Origin: Eledone cirrhosa | Taxonomy: Eukaryota | DNA: 64,000 nucleotides | Assembly: GCA_964016885.1 (NCBI GenBank) | Contig: OZ024747.1 | Location: 79,918,001 to 79,982,000, forward strand | Reading direction: 5' to 3' | In this document: one piece after another, positions 1-12,206 of the stretch | Numbering within the stretch: the stretch's first letter is position 1 | How the letters are laid out: each line of letters begins with the position of its first letter | Position numbers and translations under genes: made by a program | The notes under the pieces: generated by a model | The model's database searches: none | Seen by the model: only the letters and a program-made list of their open reading frames with translations | Told to the model about the DNA's origin: nothing

Positions 1-1774
1 TTAACATCTTAGAAATTTATGTCTCCGACAACGAATATTCTCTATCATAGTGCTTATTATGTTGCTGCTTTGAAACATGGAGCGAGTGAGTCATTGTTGC
101 TATGAACGTGGATGTTGAAATGCTAGATAATGTATTTTAGGAGCGAGCGTCAAAACAATAACAACAAAAACTACAACAACATCAGTATCAATAACATCAG
201 CTAAAATAAGTAAGCACCAGCAGTTATATTCTGAATTCTATCAAATCTACAGTTGTTGGTAACTCAGGAGATTGCTATCATATAATAGCAATTTTCCTGA
301 ATAAATCCTCTTGTCAATGAATTAACTCTTTCGGTATCACAATTTGCAGTATCACTTATAGAATTACAATAACATGCATGTTCTTCTAACTCTGCTGTTC
401 TGATATTCAGATATTAGTTGGTAAGATCGAAGACAAAGATGGGGCCGGGGTAGTATGTAGTGATGGGGAAGGAAGAAGACCAGGAAGAAGGCATACACTA
501 AACATATGCGACAAAAGATGTATTAGAATAACTATTTTACCGAGATTTTTCTCTACATGTGATTTCCAGTGCTATCTGACATCTCCAGGCCAGGAAAACC
601 TAATAACTAACGAGCCAGCAATAATTTTGTATGATGGATTGGTTCATCATTTGATTAATTTATCGATTTATTAATCAACTGTCACTAAAGAAAATGACTG
701 TTTGCAAGGTTTAGCATGACAAGGTAAGTGAAGCAAGTGAAGATAGATGCATTGTATTTAGAAGATCTGGAAATTAAAACCTTACAAAAATATTGCACAA
801 TCACTTACTACATGATGTTTGCTATTGAAGCATCTAGGAAGGAATGACAATTGCCGAATTACGAAGAGTCTTACTCGTTTCTTTATAATGGAACAAACGT
901 GTGATATTAGTACTGTGAACGGGGATGTCTAAATTCTCGATCTTAATGGATTTCAGCAACAAGTGGCTAATTTATATTGGAAATATCCGGTGTATAGTTA
1001 AGAGTAAGAAACAAAATCTAAGCGCCGAGATGCCGGGGAACATATCTGTTGATTCAATTTAAGGTGGTAAGAGTTCAAATAAATCCAAAAGAACAAAAAT
1101 AGTTAAACTTGAAGGAAAATAATCAATAAACAGTTCATAATTCATAGGTGTTTCTGGAAGTATCCTGAAGTATACCGAAGCGAAATTGACATAATTTACT
1201 AGAAAATACTATTTTATAGTTGAATTAAGTTGAAGAAATGTTTTGAGGTAGTGGAAAAGACAGGGAAATGACAAACACATCATCTGATCAGTGGTGCGTG
1301 TCAAATGTTTAGTGAAATTTTATCCAACCATTTTTTCCAGGTATATTTTATGCGAAACTATATTATCCAATGTGGCTCTTCATTTTTAAGATACTAGGAT
1401 GTGGTTTGAAGGAGATTTGGGTGCTGTTTCTATCAGAGGTCCCTAAAATTAGCTTTTGTTTAGAATATTTCTGTGTTCATCAGCTGCAAATCTCGAAGAC
1501 TTATAAAGAGTAACTACAGTGACGAGAGTTCTTGTGTCTTTTAGAGAGCCATTGTTCAGAGCTGCGGCATATTGATCAACTTTGCCTTTCATCCTTTCGA
1601 GGTCGATAAAACAATAGCAGTCCAGTACTGAGATCGATTCTTCCTCTTTATCTCTTTACTACTTTCTATCTCACACCCTCTCTTCTTTTCTGGAAGAAAT
1701 CGGATGTGTTTTAGATCTGGAGACGGAATGGGCTCCGTTAGGATTAAAGTGCCCAAGGCACATACACACACACG

Positions 1775-2118
<344 letters not shown>

Positions 2119-2364
2119 GGACTATAGAAGCCAAGAAATGAAGCGATAAGCTGACAATTGTTAGGTGTAGTTGATGGTTGATGGTTGACGTCAGACTGAG
2201 TTTTGGCATGTCTGTGTTTAGTTTGGCCAAGTTGGCTCCGTAACGCCATTATCATTTTAACGTCCAGTGCCAAGAACTGAGGCAATAAAACCTGCCGATA
2301 AAACCACAGGTATTACATTAGCATTACCTCTTTACTAACGACAATATCTCTGACACCATTAAAT

Positions 2365-2377
2365 TTGTTTCTTTCTG

Positions 2378-2408
<31 letters not shown>

Positions 2409-2655
2409 CTTCTCCTCCTCATCATCACTATCGTCGTCGTCGTAGTTTTCTTCTTCTTCTTCTTCTTCTTCTTCTTCTTCTTCTTCTTCTTCTTCTTCTA
2501 ACCGCATTCTTTCCTGTTGGTAATCATCATCATCATCAACTCGTCGTTGTCGTTATCATCATCATCATCATCATTACCATCTTAGTCGTCGTCATCATCA
2601 TCGTCATCACCTGATCGCTGTCATCGTCATCATCATCGTTGTCATCGTCATCATA
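2365..2655. repeat. (TTTC)n, (TTC)n and (TCA/TCG)n simple repeats
   Basis: Visible directly in the sequence. Confidence 0.9.
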
Positions 2656-2734
2656 ATCTTCCATGGTCATAGATTAAATTTCCTTAATCCCCTTATTACT
2701 GAGAGGGTCGTGGGGTTAGAGTCTTCAAACACTT

Positions 2735-2970
2735 CTTCCAGGGGGTCATGTCAGAAGCAACCGTCTTCAACTGATCTGGCTGGATCCCCAAGCGAGACCA
2801 GCCAAACTCATCGATGTTATCCAACCATCTTGCTCGGGTTCTACCTCTGGGTCTCCTGCCGTTTGGTTTTACCCGTCAAATCTGTCTAGTGGTTCATTCC
2901 TGAGACATTCTGACCACATGTCCATAAAATCGAAGCTGTGATCTCTCAATTCAGAGAAGTACCACTTTCA
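2735..2970 (-). mobile_element. Degraded 3' end of an RTE-clade LINE
   Basis: Minus strand translates ERSQLRFYGHVVRM...GRRPRGRTRARWLDNI with stops, resembling the RTE C-terminal LRWxGHxxRM / RxRGRPxxRW motifs. Confidence 0.7.
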
Positions 2971-3134
2971 GCTGTTAATTTAAAGGAAGAATTTTGACCG
3001 ACATTCAAATATTAAATTATATAATGTGTGTGTGACAACTCACACCTATGCAGGTTTAGCTGGCCTCCTCCAAGGTATATCTCGTTGGAGGTGTTTTGGG
3101 TGATTTAATGATAGGGACCCCAGTCCTATCATCT

Positions 3135-3275
3135 CATTTCTACAGCTGAGTAAACTGGAGCAACGTGAAATAAAGTGTCTTGCTCAAGGAAACAACACAT
3201 CACCCGGTCCGAGAATTGAAATCACAACCTTTCGATTGCAAGCCCAATGCTCTAATCACTAAGCCATGCGCCTTC
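3135..3275 (-). mobile_element. tRNA-derived SINE (family B, CCTTGAGCAAG-type body)
   Basis: Minus strand has an A-box-like TGGCTTAGTGATTAGAG, a B-box-like TTCAATTC and CCTTGAGCAAGACACTT; similar to 7615-7860 and 52970-53300. Confidence 0.65.
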
Positions 3276-4008
3276 ACAAAATTAATTATATAATGGCAAA
3301 AGATGAATTTGATTGTATTGTTAAATGGATACGATCTCGGAATTATCAAAGTCGAAACAATTTCTAGGTTCAAACTTATATGTAGAATTAATAAAAATAC
3401 AATAATCGAAAGTTGAACTGAGGACGAATGGCAAGTTTAATATAATAACATTAACATAAGATTTTCATTTTAAAATACAAAATTCCCGTCGGTATATGTA
3501 ATGACACAGAACATTCTAGTGAACTATAAACATTTAAATGAACAACACTCAGAAAATAGACCTCATAAACTACATACACTACAACAAACAGAAAAATCTC
3601 CCACAAGCATACTCTGTCAACTAGCCAACATTTCTATAAACATTTTCACAGACAGAACTTCTATACAATTTGTACAGTAAAACACTAAATAAAACTCCTA
3701 CAAACTTCTTGCAGTTTTTCCTACACTTACTGTAATAAAATCAATTAAAATCTTGAAAGCCACACATATATAAATAGACAAAACTGTTGTAAATAGAACA
3801 ACAAAATAAATGAATAAATAAGACAGCAAAAAAACAACAAAACAACAAAGTTAACGGAGGAAAGAAAGCAAATAAAAACACTATTTAGATAAGTATAGCT
3901 GTGTGGTTAAGAAGTTCGCTTGGCAACCACATATACTCTGGTTGTGATCCTCCAGATCAACACTTTGGGTTCACCCTTCACAATTGAGAGGTATTTGTTT
4001 AAAATCCG

Positions 4009-4312
<304 letters not shown>

Positions 4313-4331
4313 ATCTCTCTCTATATATATG

Positions 4332-4538
4332 TCGAAGGAAGTGTGGTAAGGAACCAGGTGGCTCATAACGCACCAGAGTACTTGATACTTTGGGTAGTAC
4401 AGTGGGTAATAGGAAAAGGTTCAGGACCCTGACGGCAGAGCTCAAGCCGTTTCGACGGCTATTTCTGGACTCTTTCAGTCCAGAAATAGCTGTCGAAACG
4501 GCTTGAGCTCTGCTGCCGGGGTCCTGACCATTTTCCTA
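4332..4538. mobile_element. TA-flanked palindromic island, putative PLE terminal remnant
   Basis: Inverted arms 4410-4471 and 4477-4538; second copy of the family at 10691-10838; contains an HHR-like 3' half GAAAC-GGC..GCC-GTC on the minus strand. Confidence 0.65.
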
Positions 4539-4784
4539 CATATATATATCTGTAGACGAGCACATTTGCAAACTTGTGTATCTCTGCAGACGTATGTATA
4601 TATATGTCTATAAGTCTGCATAAATGAAATTAATAGCTCACACTTCTACACAGGTTTAGTTGGTCTCCCTCGAGATCGCATCTGATTAGAGGTGTAATGA
4701 CAGCCCCCCCCCCCAGTTCTATCACGAAAAGCAATGGGAAGTGAAACATCTCGCTCAAAAACATCAACTGTGCATGTTTGCAGA

Positions 4785-4965
4785 TCTGTGTATATTTGCA
4801 GTCAAGGGTATGTTGTGCAGATTTGTGTATATTTGCAGACAAGGGTATGCTCTGCAGGCATGTGTATATTTGCAGACAAGGGTATGTTCTGCAGGCGTGT
4901 GTATATCTACAAGGGTATGTTTGCAAGTGTGTACACGTTTTCAAACGTGTGTATATTCAAAGGTG
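4785..4965. repeat. ~37-bp minisatellite
   Basis: Unit TGTGTATATTTGCAGACAAGGGTATGTTCTGCAGGCA, about 4-5 degenerate copies. Confidence 0.8.
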
Positions 4966-5177
4966 TCTGTATGTATTGCATGGTGGGTAATTTATAGTAA
5001 AATATCCTGACGGGAAATATTTCAACACAATTTGACATGTTTGAAAATTTAAACGTGAAAAATTCAAAATGATGACTGACGTGCCATCTTTTAACAGAAC
5101 ACAGATATTTTATCTTCCTGCTCTTCCACCCCTCTCTCTCTCTACCTCTTTCTCTACCCCCTCTCTCTCTCTCCCCT

Positions 5178-5400
5178 TTCTCTGTCTGTCTTGTATAATT
5201 CTCTCCCTCTCTCTCTGTCTGTCTTCTATAATTATCTTCCCCTCTCTCTGTCTGTCTTCTATAATTATCTCCCCCTCTCTCTGTCTGTCTGTCTTGTATA
5301 CTTTTCCCCCTCTCTCTGTCTGTCTAGTATAATTCTCCCCCCTCTCTCTGTCTGTCTAGTATAATTCTCTCACCGCCTCTCTCTGTGTCTGTCTTATATC
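5178..5400. repeat. CT-rich ~33-bp minisatellite
   Basis: Repeated TCTGTCTGTCT..TATAATT..CCCCTCTC. Confidence 0.7.
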
Positions 5401-6925
5401 TCTCTATTTCTCTCTCTAGTGTCATTCTCTTCCTTAAATTTCCTTCTTTCTCTCCTTTCGTCTCGTTCTTCCATCTTTCTCTCCCCCTTTCTCGTTTCAT
5501 TCAGTCTTTCTCACTCGTTTCACTTTCTCTCCCCTTCTCTTTTCCTTCATGTCATTCTCTCTTCCCCTCACCCACCATTACTCTCTCTCTCATGCCATTC
5601 TCTCTCACCCTCACTCACCCTCACTCTCTCCCTCATGCCACCCCCCTCACCCCCTCACTATCTCTCCCATGTCATTCTCTCCACCCACTCTGTCCATCTA
5701 AACCTCTCAAAATCTCCAACACCAAGATGGCGGCATATCAAATGCAGTTACATTACAATGTCAGAAATGGTTGAATTATGTATCACTTTACTAATTCATA
5801 ATTTTCAGTCGTCAGATATATCTTCCTGGCGACAATTATAAAGTGTAAATGAAGATATCTGAAGCGTTCTCTCAATAAAACAGCACTTCTAATTAATGAA
5901 TGATGAAACAACAACAACAACAACAACAACAATAATAATAACAACAGTAATAATAATAATACGATAAAAAGTTTTGAAATTATTATTTGATAAATTTCCA
6001 ACCGATTTCCCCCCCCCCATTTTCAACACCACCACCAGTCACCATCATTGCAACTCCTACCTCAGTAATCACTCACCCCACATCCCCACCATCATCGCTG
6101 CAACTCCCATACGATAATCACTGAACCCCACCCCCACCACCCCATCGCCACCACCATCACCACCATCCCACCACCACCAATATCATAATCATAACCACCG
6201 ACCGCCATAACCGTAACCACTACCACTACCATCTACTACAAAACAGCAAAAACTGAAATATATCCACACATATACACACACACACACGTACACACATACA
6301 CACACGTACTCACACAAACACGCACACACACCCACACACACACGTACCAACACACACATGCCCGCATACACACACACACACGTACCAACACACACATGCA
6401 CGCACACACACACACACGTACCAACACACACATGCACGCACGCACACACACACACACACACGTATCCACTCTCTCTCTCTCTCTCTCACACACACAGGTA
6501 TCCACACTCTCTCTCTCACACACTCACACACACACACGTACCCCCCCCGCCACATACACAACACAACACAACACGATAGATGCCTACGGTTAAACCCAAG
6601 GGAAGTTGTTATTAGCCATTTGATATTACCTACCACCGTCTTATTGGATTTAAAATCTAAATGCAATCAACCTACATTGTACACGCCATAATTACATTAT
6701 GGCGGTTTCTATGAGAGCAAATTGAGCCTCGCTACTAAAAAGTTCTGTAGTAATGACGGCGAAGAAGTAAACGAAACAGAGAAACTACTAAGGAATGGAC
6801 GTGACTATATTTTTCGAAGCGAACATAGAAGTGAAGTCGCAAAAGCAATAGGAATTAAAACACACACACACACCCTCTCACACACACACACGCACACACA
6901 GATACTCACATACACACAGGCACAG

Positions 6926-6967
<42 letters not shown>

Positions 6968-7614
6968 CACACAAACAGACACACACGCAGACACACACAC
7001 ACAGACACACATAGAGACACAGACACATAGAGACACAGACACACACACATACACAGACACACACACACACACACAGACTCATTTTATGCTTTGTTACTGA
7101 ACGTTAATATATTGTTGTCAACAGGAGAAAGTAAAACAGTCTGATTTATTCCATCGTTATACAGAGTTTAAGCCAAGCACCTTAAATATTCTTATTAAAT
7201 CTTTTCTATAGGAGATCAAAAGCATTGCTCAATTGCTGTCACAGAAGGAGGAAAATTTCTGGAAATTTTTCTAACCGTCTTACGGTCACAATTCATAAAA
7301 ATCGGCTTTAGCCAGTTCTAACTAGTCAACCTCGAAAAATATTTCTCTTTGTCAGCGTAAAACCTTCAGTTGAGCGGTCTTCCTCTTAATCCCTATAGTA
7401 CAAAGAGAGAAGCCGGTCAATCTACAACAAATCTAATTAGATGATCAGCTTTTAACCAACTAGAATTGACCTACAGACAAACATCTTCCACCATCTCACA
7501 CTTTTATTCACAATATCATCTGGAAGGTCACACGTATGCATCTAGTCTGTGTGTGTTACAATCTAGTAAATATGAACTGAATTACTGTTTTACGTTAAAT
7601 ATAAATATATATGA

Positions 7615-7860
7615 AAGCTCATGGTCTAGTAGTTAGGGTGTTATGTTCAGGCTCATGCGTTGGATTCTCAGACATGGTGATGAGCTTTGAATCTGAGCAA
7701 GGCATTTAGTTTCACGTTGCTGTAATTCATTTAGCTGAAAAAAGGAACACCAGCGACAGTTGGGAGTTAACCATGAGATGGACTGGTGTCCTATCCGGGG
7801 CGAGGGTGTATTGTACTTTCAGTTGCTTAGTGAATATGAAAACGGGATAGGCACCCGGCT
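7615..7860 (+). mobile_element. Degraded tRNA-derived SINE (family B)
   Basis: TGGTCTAGTAGTTAGGG A-box-like head followed by CTGAGCAAGGCATTTAGTTTCACGTTGC body. Confidence 0.55.
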
Positions 7861-8074
7861 TCCTCTAACCCAGGGTTTCCCAAACTTTTTCAAACGTGGA
7901 ACCCTTTTTGGTTGAGAAACCTTTGGAGGAACCTCAAAGTCTAATACTGTTATATGGTCGTAATAGAAATATACTCCTCTACCTTTTTTCAAGGAACCTC
8001 AGATATTCCTTTGCAGAATTCACTTTAGGAACCACTGTTCTAACCCATGCAAACACCCCCCCCCCACACACACA

Positions 8075-8107
<33 letters not shown>

Positions 8108-8217
8108 TCTTTCTCTCTCTCTCTCTCACACACACTCTCTTTCTCTCTCTCACACACACACACACTCTCTCTCTCTCTCATACACACACACACACTCTCT
8201 CTCTCACACACACACAC

Positions 8218-8265
<48 letters not shown>

Positions 8266-8324
8266 TCTCTCTCTCTCTCACACACACACACACTCTCTCT
8301 CTCTCTCACACACACACACACATA

Positions 8325-8359
<35 letters not shown>

Positions 8360-9248
8360 TCTCTCCCTCCCTCTCTCTCACACAGATGTGCATAACTTCT
8401 CATAGTCAGTTTTTCTTCACAATCTCCGTACACATATTTGAGTATGTACAGAGGGACAGGACAGGGCAGTACGTGAACGTACGTATGCATGCACACATGC
8501 ATGAGTATATGTGCGCCTGAATAATTGTATGTATGTGTATGCAATAACATTTGTAGGAGAGGGATGGTGGTAGTAGGGTAGAAGGAGAAGTAGCAGAAGT
8601 TCGATGAGAAAAAGTGGAATATTTCTAAAGTTTTTTTTTATATAACAAAAAGAAGCTAGGCAAAACTTAAAAACATGATGCCGCGGACATTGATAGTATT
8701 TGTGACAAAGATTTAATCTAGTATTGTTATGAATATATGTTCAAGAGTTGCTGTGTGTGTCTGTATCTTTCATATAAACAACTTGTTGTTATTATTATAG
8801 TTGTCGTGGTTTTATGAGACGGCTTAGTAATAAGCAGGTATTATTGGCTAGGTTTGTTAAGCTTCTTTTCAGAGAAACCATGATTGACAAATATGACTGA
8901 TTTTGGAGAGAAGTAAGGGATAGAATAGCAAACAGGACCGTTTTTACACACTACACATGCTCGCACACACACACTACACACACACACACACTACACACAC
9001 ACACATACACTGATAGACGCACACATTATAAATATATGTGTGCATATATTTATGTATGCATGTATGTATATATATATCTATATCGATGTGCGTGTATACA
9101 TACGCATATATTATATATATGCGCGCAAACTCACACACACGCATATGTGCGTGCACCCACCCGCATACACACACACACTCACACACTTATATATATATAC
9201 GCATACATATGTACACGCACATTCTCCCACATATATATATATATATTC

Positions 9249-9337
<89 letters not shown>

Positions 9338-9342
<5 letters not shown>

Positions 9343-9523
9343 AAAATAACAGATCAAAGTTTAAGCAAAGAATCGGTGCTTTCACCCTTAACGGGATCTT
9401 CTGAAACTTAAACTTTAATCTGTTATTTTAATAAATATTTGCTCTACGGTTCTTATATATTTGATATATATTTATCCTTATCGAGCCTTCTTTGGATTTT
9501 AGTCTTCAAATTTATTATTATTA

Positions 9524-9526
<3 letters not shown>
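9338..9526. mobile_element. TA-flanked island with short inverted arms and a degenerate minus-strand HHR
   Basis: Arms 9338-9365 and 9407-9434; minus strand reads AAGTTT-CAGAAGA-TCCC..GGGT-GAAAGCA..TGCTT-AAACTT. Confidence 0.5.
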
Positions 9527-9555
<29 letters not shown>

Positions 9556-9715
9556 GATTAGCTTTCACCGTATTTTTGACTAAAGAAATTTTAGCCTGAT
9601 AATGGGGTTTAGAACCCTCAGATAAATGGAAAAAGATGAGTATTGACGTACATGGGAGTCGAACCCACATCTTTGGTTATCCAGACCACTGTGCTACCAT
9701 TACACCAATGTGGGT

Positions 9716-9786
9716 GATGTGTTGGTGTAATGGTAGCACAGAGGTCTGGATAACCAAAGATGTGGGTTCGACTCCCATGTACGTCA
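9716..9786 (+). tRNA. tRNA-like cloverleaf (apparent GGA anticodon, short variable loop), probably element-borne
   Basis: Acceptor GATGTGT/GTACGTC+A, D arm GTGT-AATGGTA-GCAC, loop CT-GGA-TA, T arm GTGGG-TTCGACT-CCCAT, TTTTT at 9796-9800; anticodon stem imperfect. Confidence 0.6.
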
Positions 9787-9864
9787 ATACTCATCTTTTT
9801 CCATTTATCTGAGGGTTCTAAACCCCATTATCAGGCTAAAACTTCTTTAGTCAAAAATACGAAC

Positions 9865-9955
9865 AGAAGTCCGACGAGCTTTTGATTCCTGATTCTGACC
9901 AGATCGATACTGATCGAACCTTGAGCTGATCAATAGCGAAACGCGCGTCACTTCT
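9865..9955 (+). ncRNA. Type I hammerhead ribozyme, long stem II, palindromic stem III
   Basis: AGAAGT-CCGACGA-GCTTTTGAT..ATCAATAGC-GAAAC-GCGC-GTC-ACTTCT; U4>C core variant. Confidence 0.8.
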
Positions 9956-9999
9956 CAATAAGTAATGAAGACCTAACAAATCGTCCTATTTATAATTAA

Positions 10000-10055
<56 letters not shown>

Positions 10056-10335
10056 GCAATAGGTGAAACCTCGAGGTCACTGTCACCTTTCGTTTGAGAA
10101 AATATATATTACACTCTCTTCACATGTATTGGGTGGTCACCCGGTTTATGTTTGAATGTTTTAAGTATACTAGTATGTAATACAACCACTTTATTGTGTA
10201 TATCAAACTCCATTATTCCTCGAAGACCGACAGAAACATGGCTGCGGTAACGATAGCAACAGAGATGGCGGTGCTTCGAATGGCCGCAGCTAGCGAGCTT
10301 ACATCAGTAAAATAATTCAAAGAGATATGTATATG

Positions 10336-10414
<79 letters not shown>

Positions 10415-10420
<6 letters not shown>

Positions 10421-10654
10421 CGATTCTGAATTTGTTTAGCAAGATTCTTTATATGAAAACGTGTGTTGAAACCGATATTGTTATACTTTGGGAGGGTCAT
10501 GTTGCCAATAAGAAACACACGCACCAGTTGCTTTCACTTCAATTTATTATAATAAATTTATAAATTTAGGAATTTATAAATTTATCATAATAAATTGAAG
10601 TGAAAGCAACTGATGCGTGTGTTTCTTATTGGCAACAAGACCCTGCCAAAGTAT

Positions 10655-10662
<8 letters not shown>
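10415..10662. mobile_element. Miniature palindromic copy of the termini of the PLE at 32734-40648
   Basis: Both arms match the pLTR tail (GAAGTGAAAGCAACTG..ATGACCCTCCCAAAGTATAACAATAT); flanked by (TA)n. Confidence 0.9.
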
Positions 10663-10690
<28 letters not shown>

Positions 10691-10833
10691 CGAAGGAATT
10701 GTGGTAAGGAACCAGATGGACCATAACGCACCAGTACTCAATACTTAGGGTAGTAGAGTGGGTAATAGGAAGAGGTATGACCCCGACGGCAGAGCTCAAG
10801 CCGTTTCGACGGCTATGTCTGGACATACCTTTT

Positions 10834-10838
<5 letters not shown>
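10691..10838 (-). mobile_element. Second copy of the 4332-4538 island family
   Basis: CGAAGGAA.TGTGGTAAGGAACCAG..GACGGCAGAGCTCAAGCCGTTTCGACGGCTAT shared; short inverted end. Confidence 0.75.
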
Positions 10839-10894
<56 letters not shown>

Positions 10895-10902
<8 letters not shown>

Positions 10903-11208
10903 AGATCAAAAGATGGTTAAAAGAGTTCCATGTATTTTATTATGCGCATTTCAAAAACAAATATCATCATGCGATGACATTTGCGTTTTCGTCAGATAAA
11001 ATAGGGAAACATGATATGAAGGTGAAAAAACACTTGTGAATAGTGCAGTTTTAAATCAACATATTGAAATACGCATAATAAAATACATGGAACTCTTTTA
11101 ACCATCTTTTGATCTTATATATTATTTATACTCCAGTCCTACAAACTGTAGAGTGGTACTTATCCGATATCTGCATTGCTTTATTGTACTACAATAAAAC
11201 TCACCTCC

Positions 11209-11211
<3 letters not shown>
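10895..11211. mobile_element. Asymmetric palindromic HHR island (family H1)
   Basis: Left arm is minus-sense with an HHR; the right arm restarts at TGAAAT.CGCATAATAAAAT and extends into an ACTCCAGTCCTAC..CCTCCTAC tail. Confidence 0.8.
10933..11003 (-). ncRNA. Type I hammerhead ribozyme
   Basis: Minus: TATTTTAT-CTGACGA-long stem II-GAAAT-GCGC-ATA-ATAAAATA. Confidence 0.8.
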
Positions 11212-11249
<38 letters not shown>

Positions 11250-11280
11250 AGATCAAAAGATGGTTAAAGGAGTTCCATAT

Positions 11281-11349
11281 ATTTTATTATGCGCATTTCA
11301 AAAACAAACATCATCATGCAATAATATTTGTGTTTTCATCAGATAAAAC
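11281..11349 (-). ncRNA. Type I hammerhead ribozyme (mirror copy)
   Basis: Reverse complement of 11470-11538. Confidence 0.8.
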
Positions 11350-11469
11350 AGGAGAACATGATATGAAGGCTAAAAAACACTTGTGGATAGTGCAGTTTTA
11401 AATCAACATATGTTGATTTAAAACTGCACTATCCACAAGTGTTTTTTAGCCTTCATATCATGTTCTCCT

Positions 11470-11538
11470 GTTTTATCTGATGAAAACACAAATATTATTG
11501 CATGATGATGTTTGTTTTTGAAATGCGCATAATAAAAT
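11470..11538 (+). ncRNA. Type I hammerhead ribozyme
   Basis: GTTTTAT-CTGATGA-AAACACAAATATTAT..ATGATGTTTGTTTTT-GAAAT-GCGC-ATA-ATAAAAT. Confidence 0.8.
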
Positions 11539-11749
11539 ATATGGAACTCCTTTAACCATCTTTTGATCTTATATTATGCATACTCCAGTCCTACAAACTG
11601 TAGAGTGCTTCTTATCCGATATCTGCATTGCTTTATTGTACTACAATAAAACTCACCTCCTACATATATATATTTATATATATATATATAAAGTATATAT
11701 ATATATACAATATATTAACAAAAGGAAACTATATTTATAAAACCATATT

Positions 11750-11815
11750 TATTTTATTATACATATTTCAAGGGCCACCAAGGCAAATTATGGTGCGCTT
11801 TCATCAGATAAAATA
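11750..11815 (-). ncRNA. Type I hammerhead ribozyme (mirror copy)
   Basis: Reverse complement of 11972-12037. Confidence 0.75.
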
Positions 11816-11971
11816 CAATACAGATTAGTTTTATAAATAAATATTGACATACTCTGAAAAAAAGACAACCTTAACGGTTGGAGCTTTCACTATCCAGGAG
11901 GTTCCAACCGTTGAGGTTGTCTTTTTTTTTCAGGGTATGTCAATATTTATTTATAAAATTAATCTGTATTG

Positions 11972-12037
11972 TATTTTATCTGATGAAAGCGCACCATAAT
12001 TTGCCTTGGTGGCCCTTGAAATATGTATAATAAAATA
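11972..12037 (+). ncRNA. Type I hammerhead ribozyme
   Basis: TATTTTAT-CTGATGA-AAG.CACCA..TGGTG.CTT-GAAAT-ATGT-ATA-ATAAAATA. Confidence 0.75.
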
Positions 12038-12167
12038 AATATGGTTTTATAAATATAGTTTCCATTTGTTAATATATTGTATATTTACTCCAATAAATTG
12101 TTGAGTGCTTTATATCAGTTATAAAAATATTTTTAAGCTTGTATCCCAACAAATTAAATATAACCTC

Positions 12168-12206
<39 letters not shown>

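Larger units (their letters stand above)
9551..10000. mobile_element. TA-flanked palindromic island carrying a tRNA-like gene and an HHR
   Basis: 140-bp arms 9569-9708 and 9722-9861 with about 2 mismatches and a 13-nt spacer; the right arm continues into an HHR; partial second copy at 15798-15930. Confidence 0.8.
11242..11663. mobile_element. Family H1 island: 336-bp spacerless palindrome (11242-11577) plus tail
   Basis: Centre AATCAACAT|ATGTTGATT at 11409/11410; arms read as exact reverse complements by eye. Confidence 0.85.
11703..12170. mobile_element. Palindromic HHR island (family H2, related to H1)
   Basis: Arms ~11703-11882 and ~11902-12084, then a TTACTCCA tail up to (TA)n. Confidence 0.8.

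Noticed and set aside
10052-10325. Possible HHRs in this TA-flanked island
   Set aside because: Only partial motifs (minus-strand GAAAGGT..ACCTC and CTGATGT); core and stem I do not assemble
9338-12170. Palindromic islands as MITE DNA transposons with TA TSDs
   Set aside because: Arms are asymmetric with variable centres, carry HHRs, and one matches PLE termini, favouring a retroelement origin
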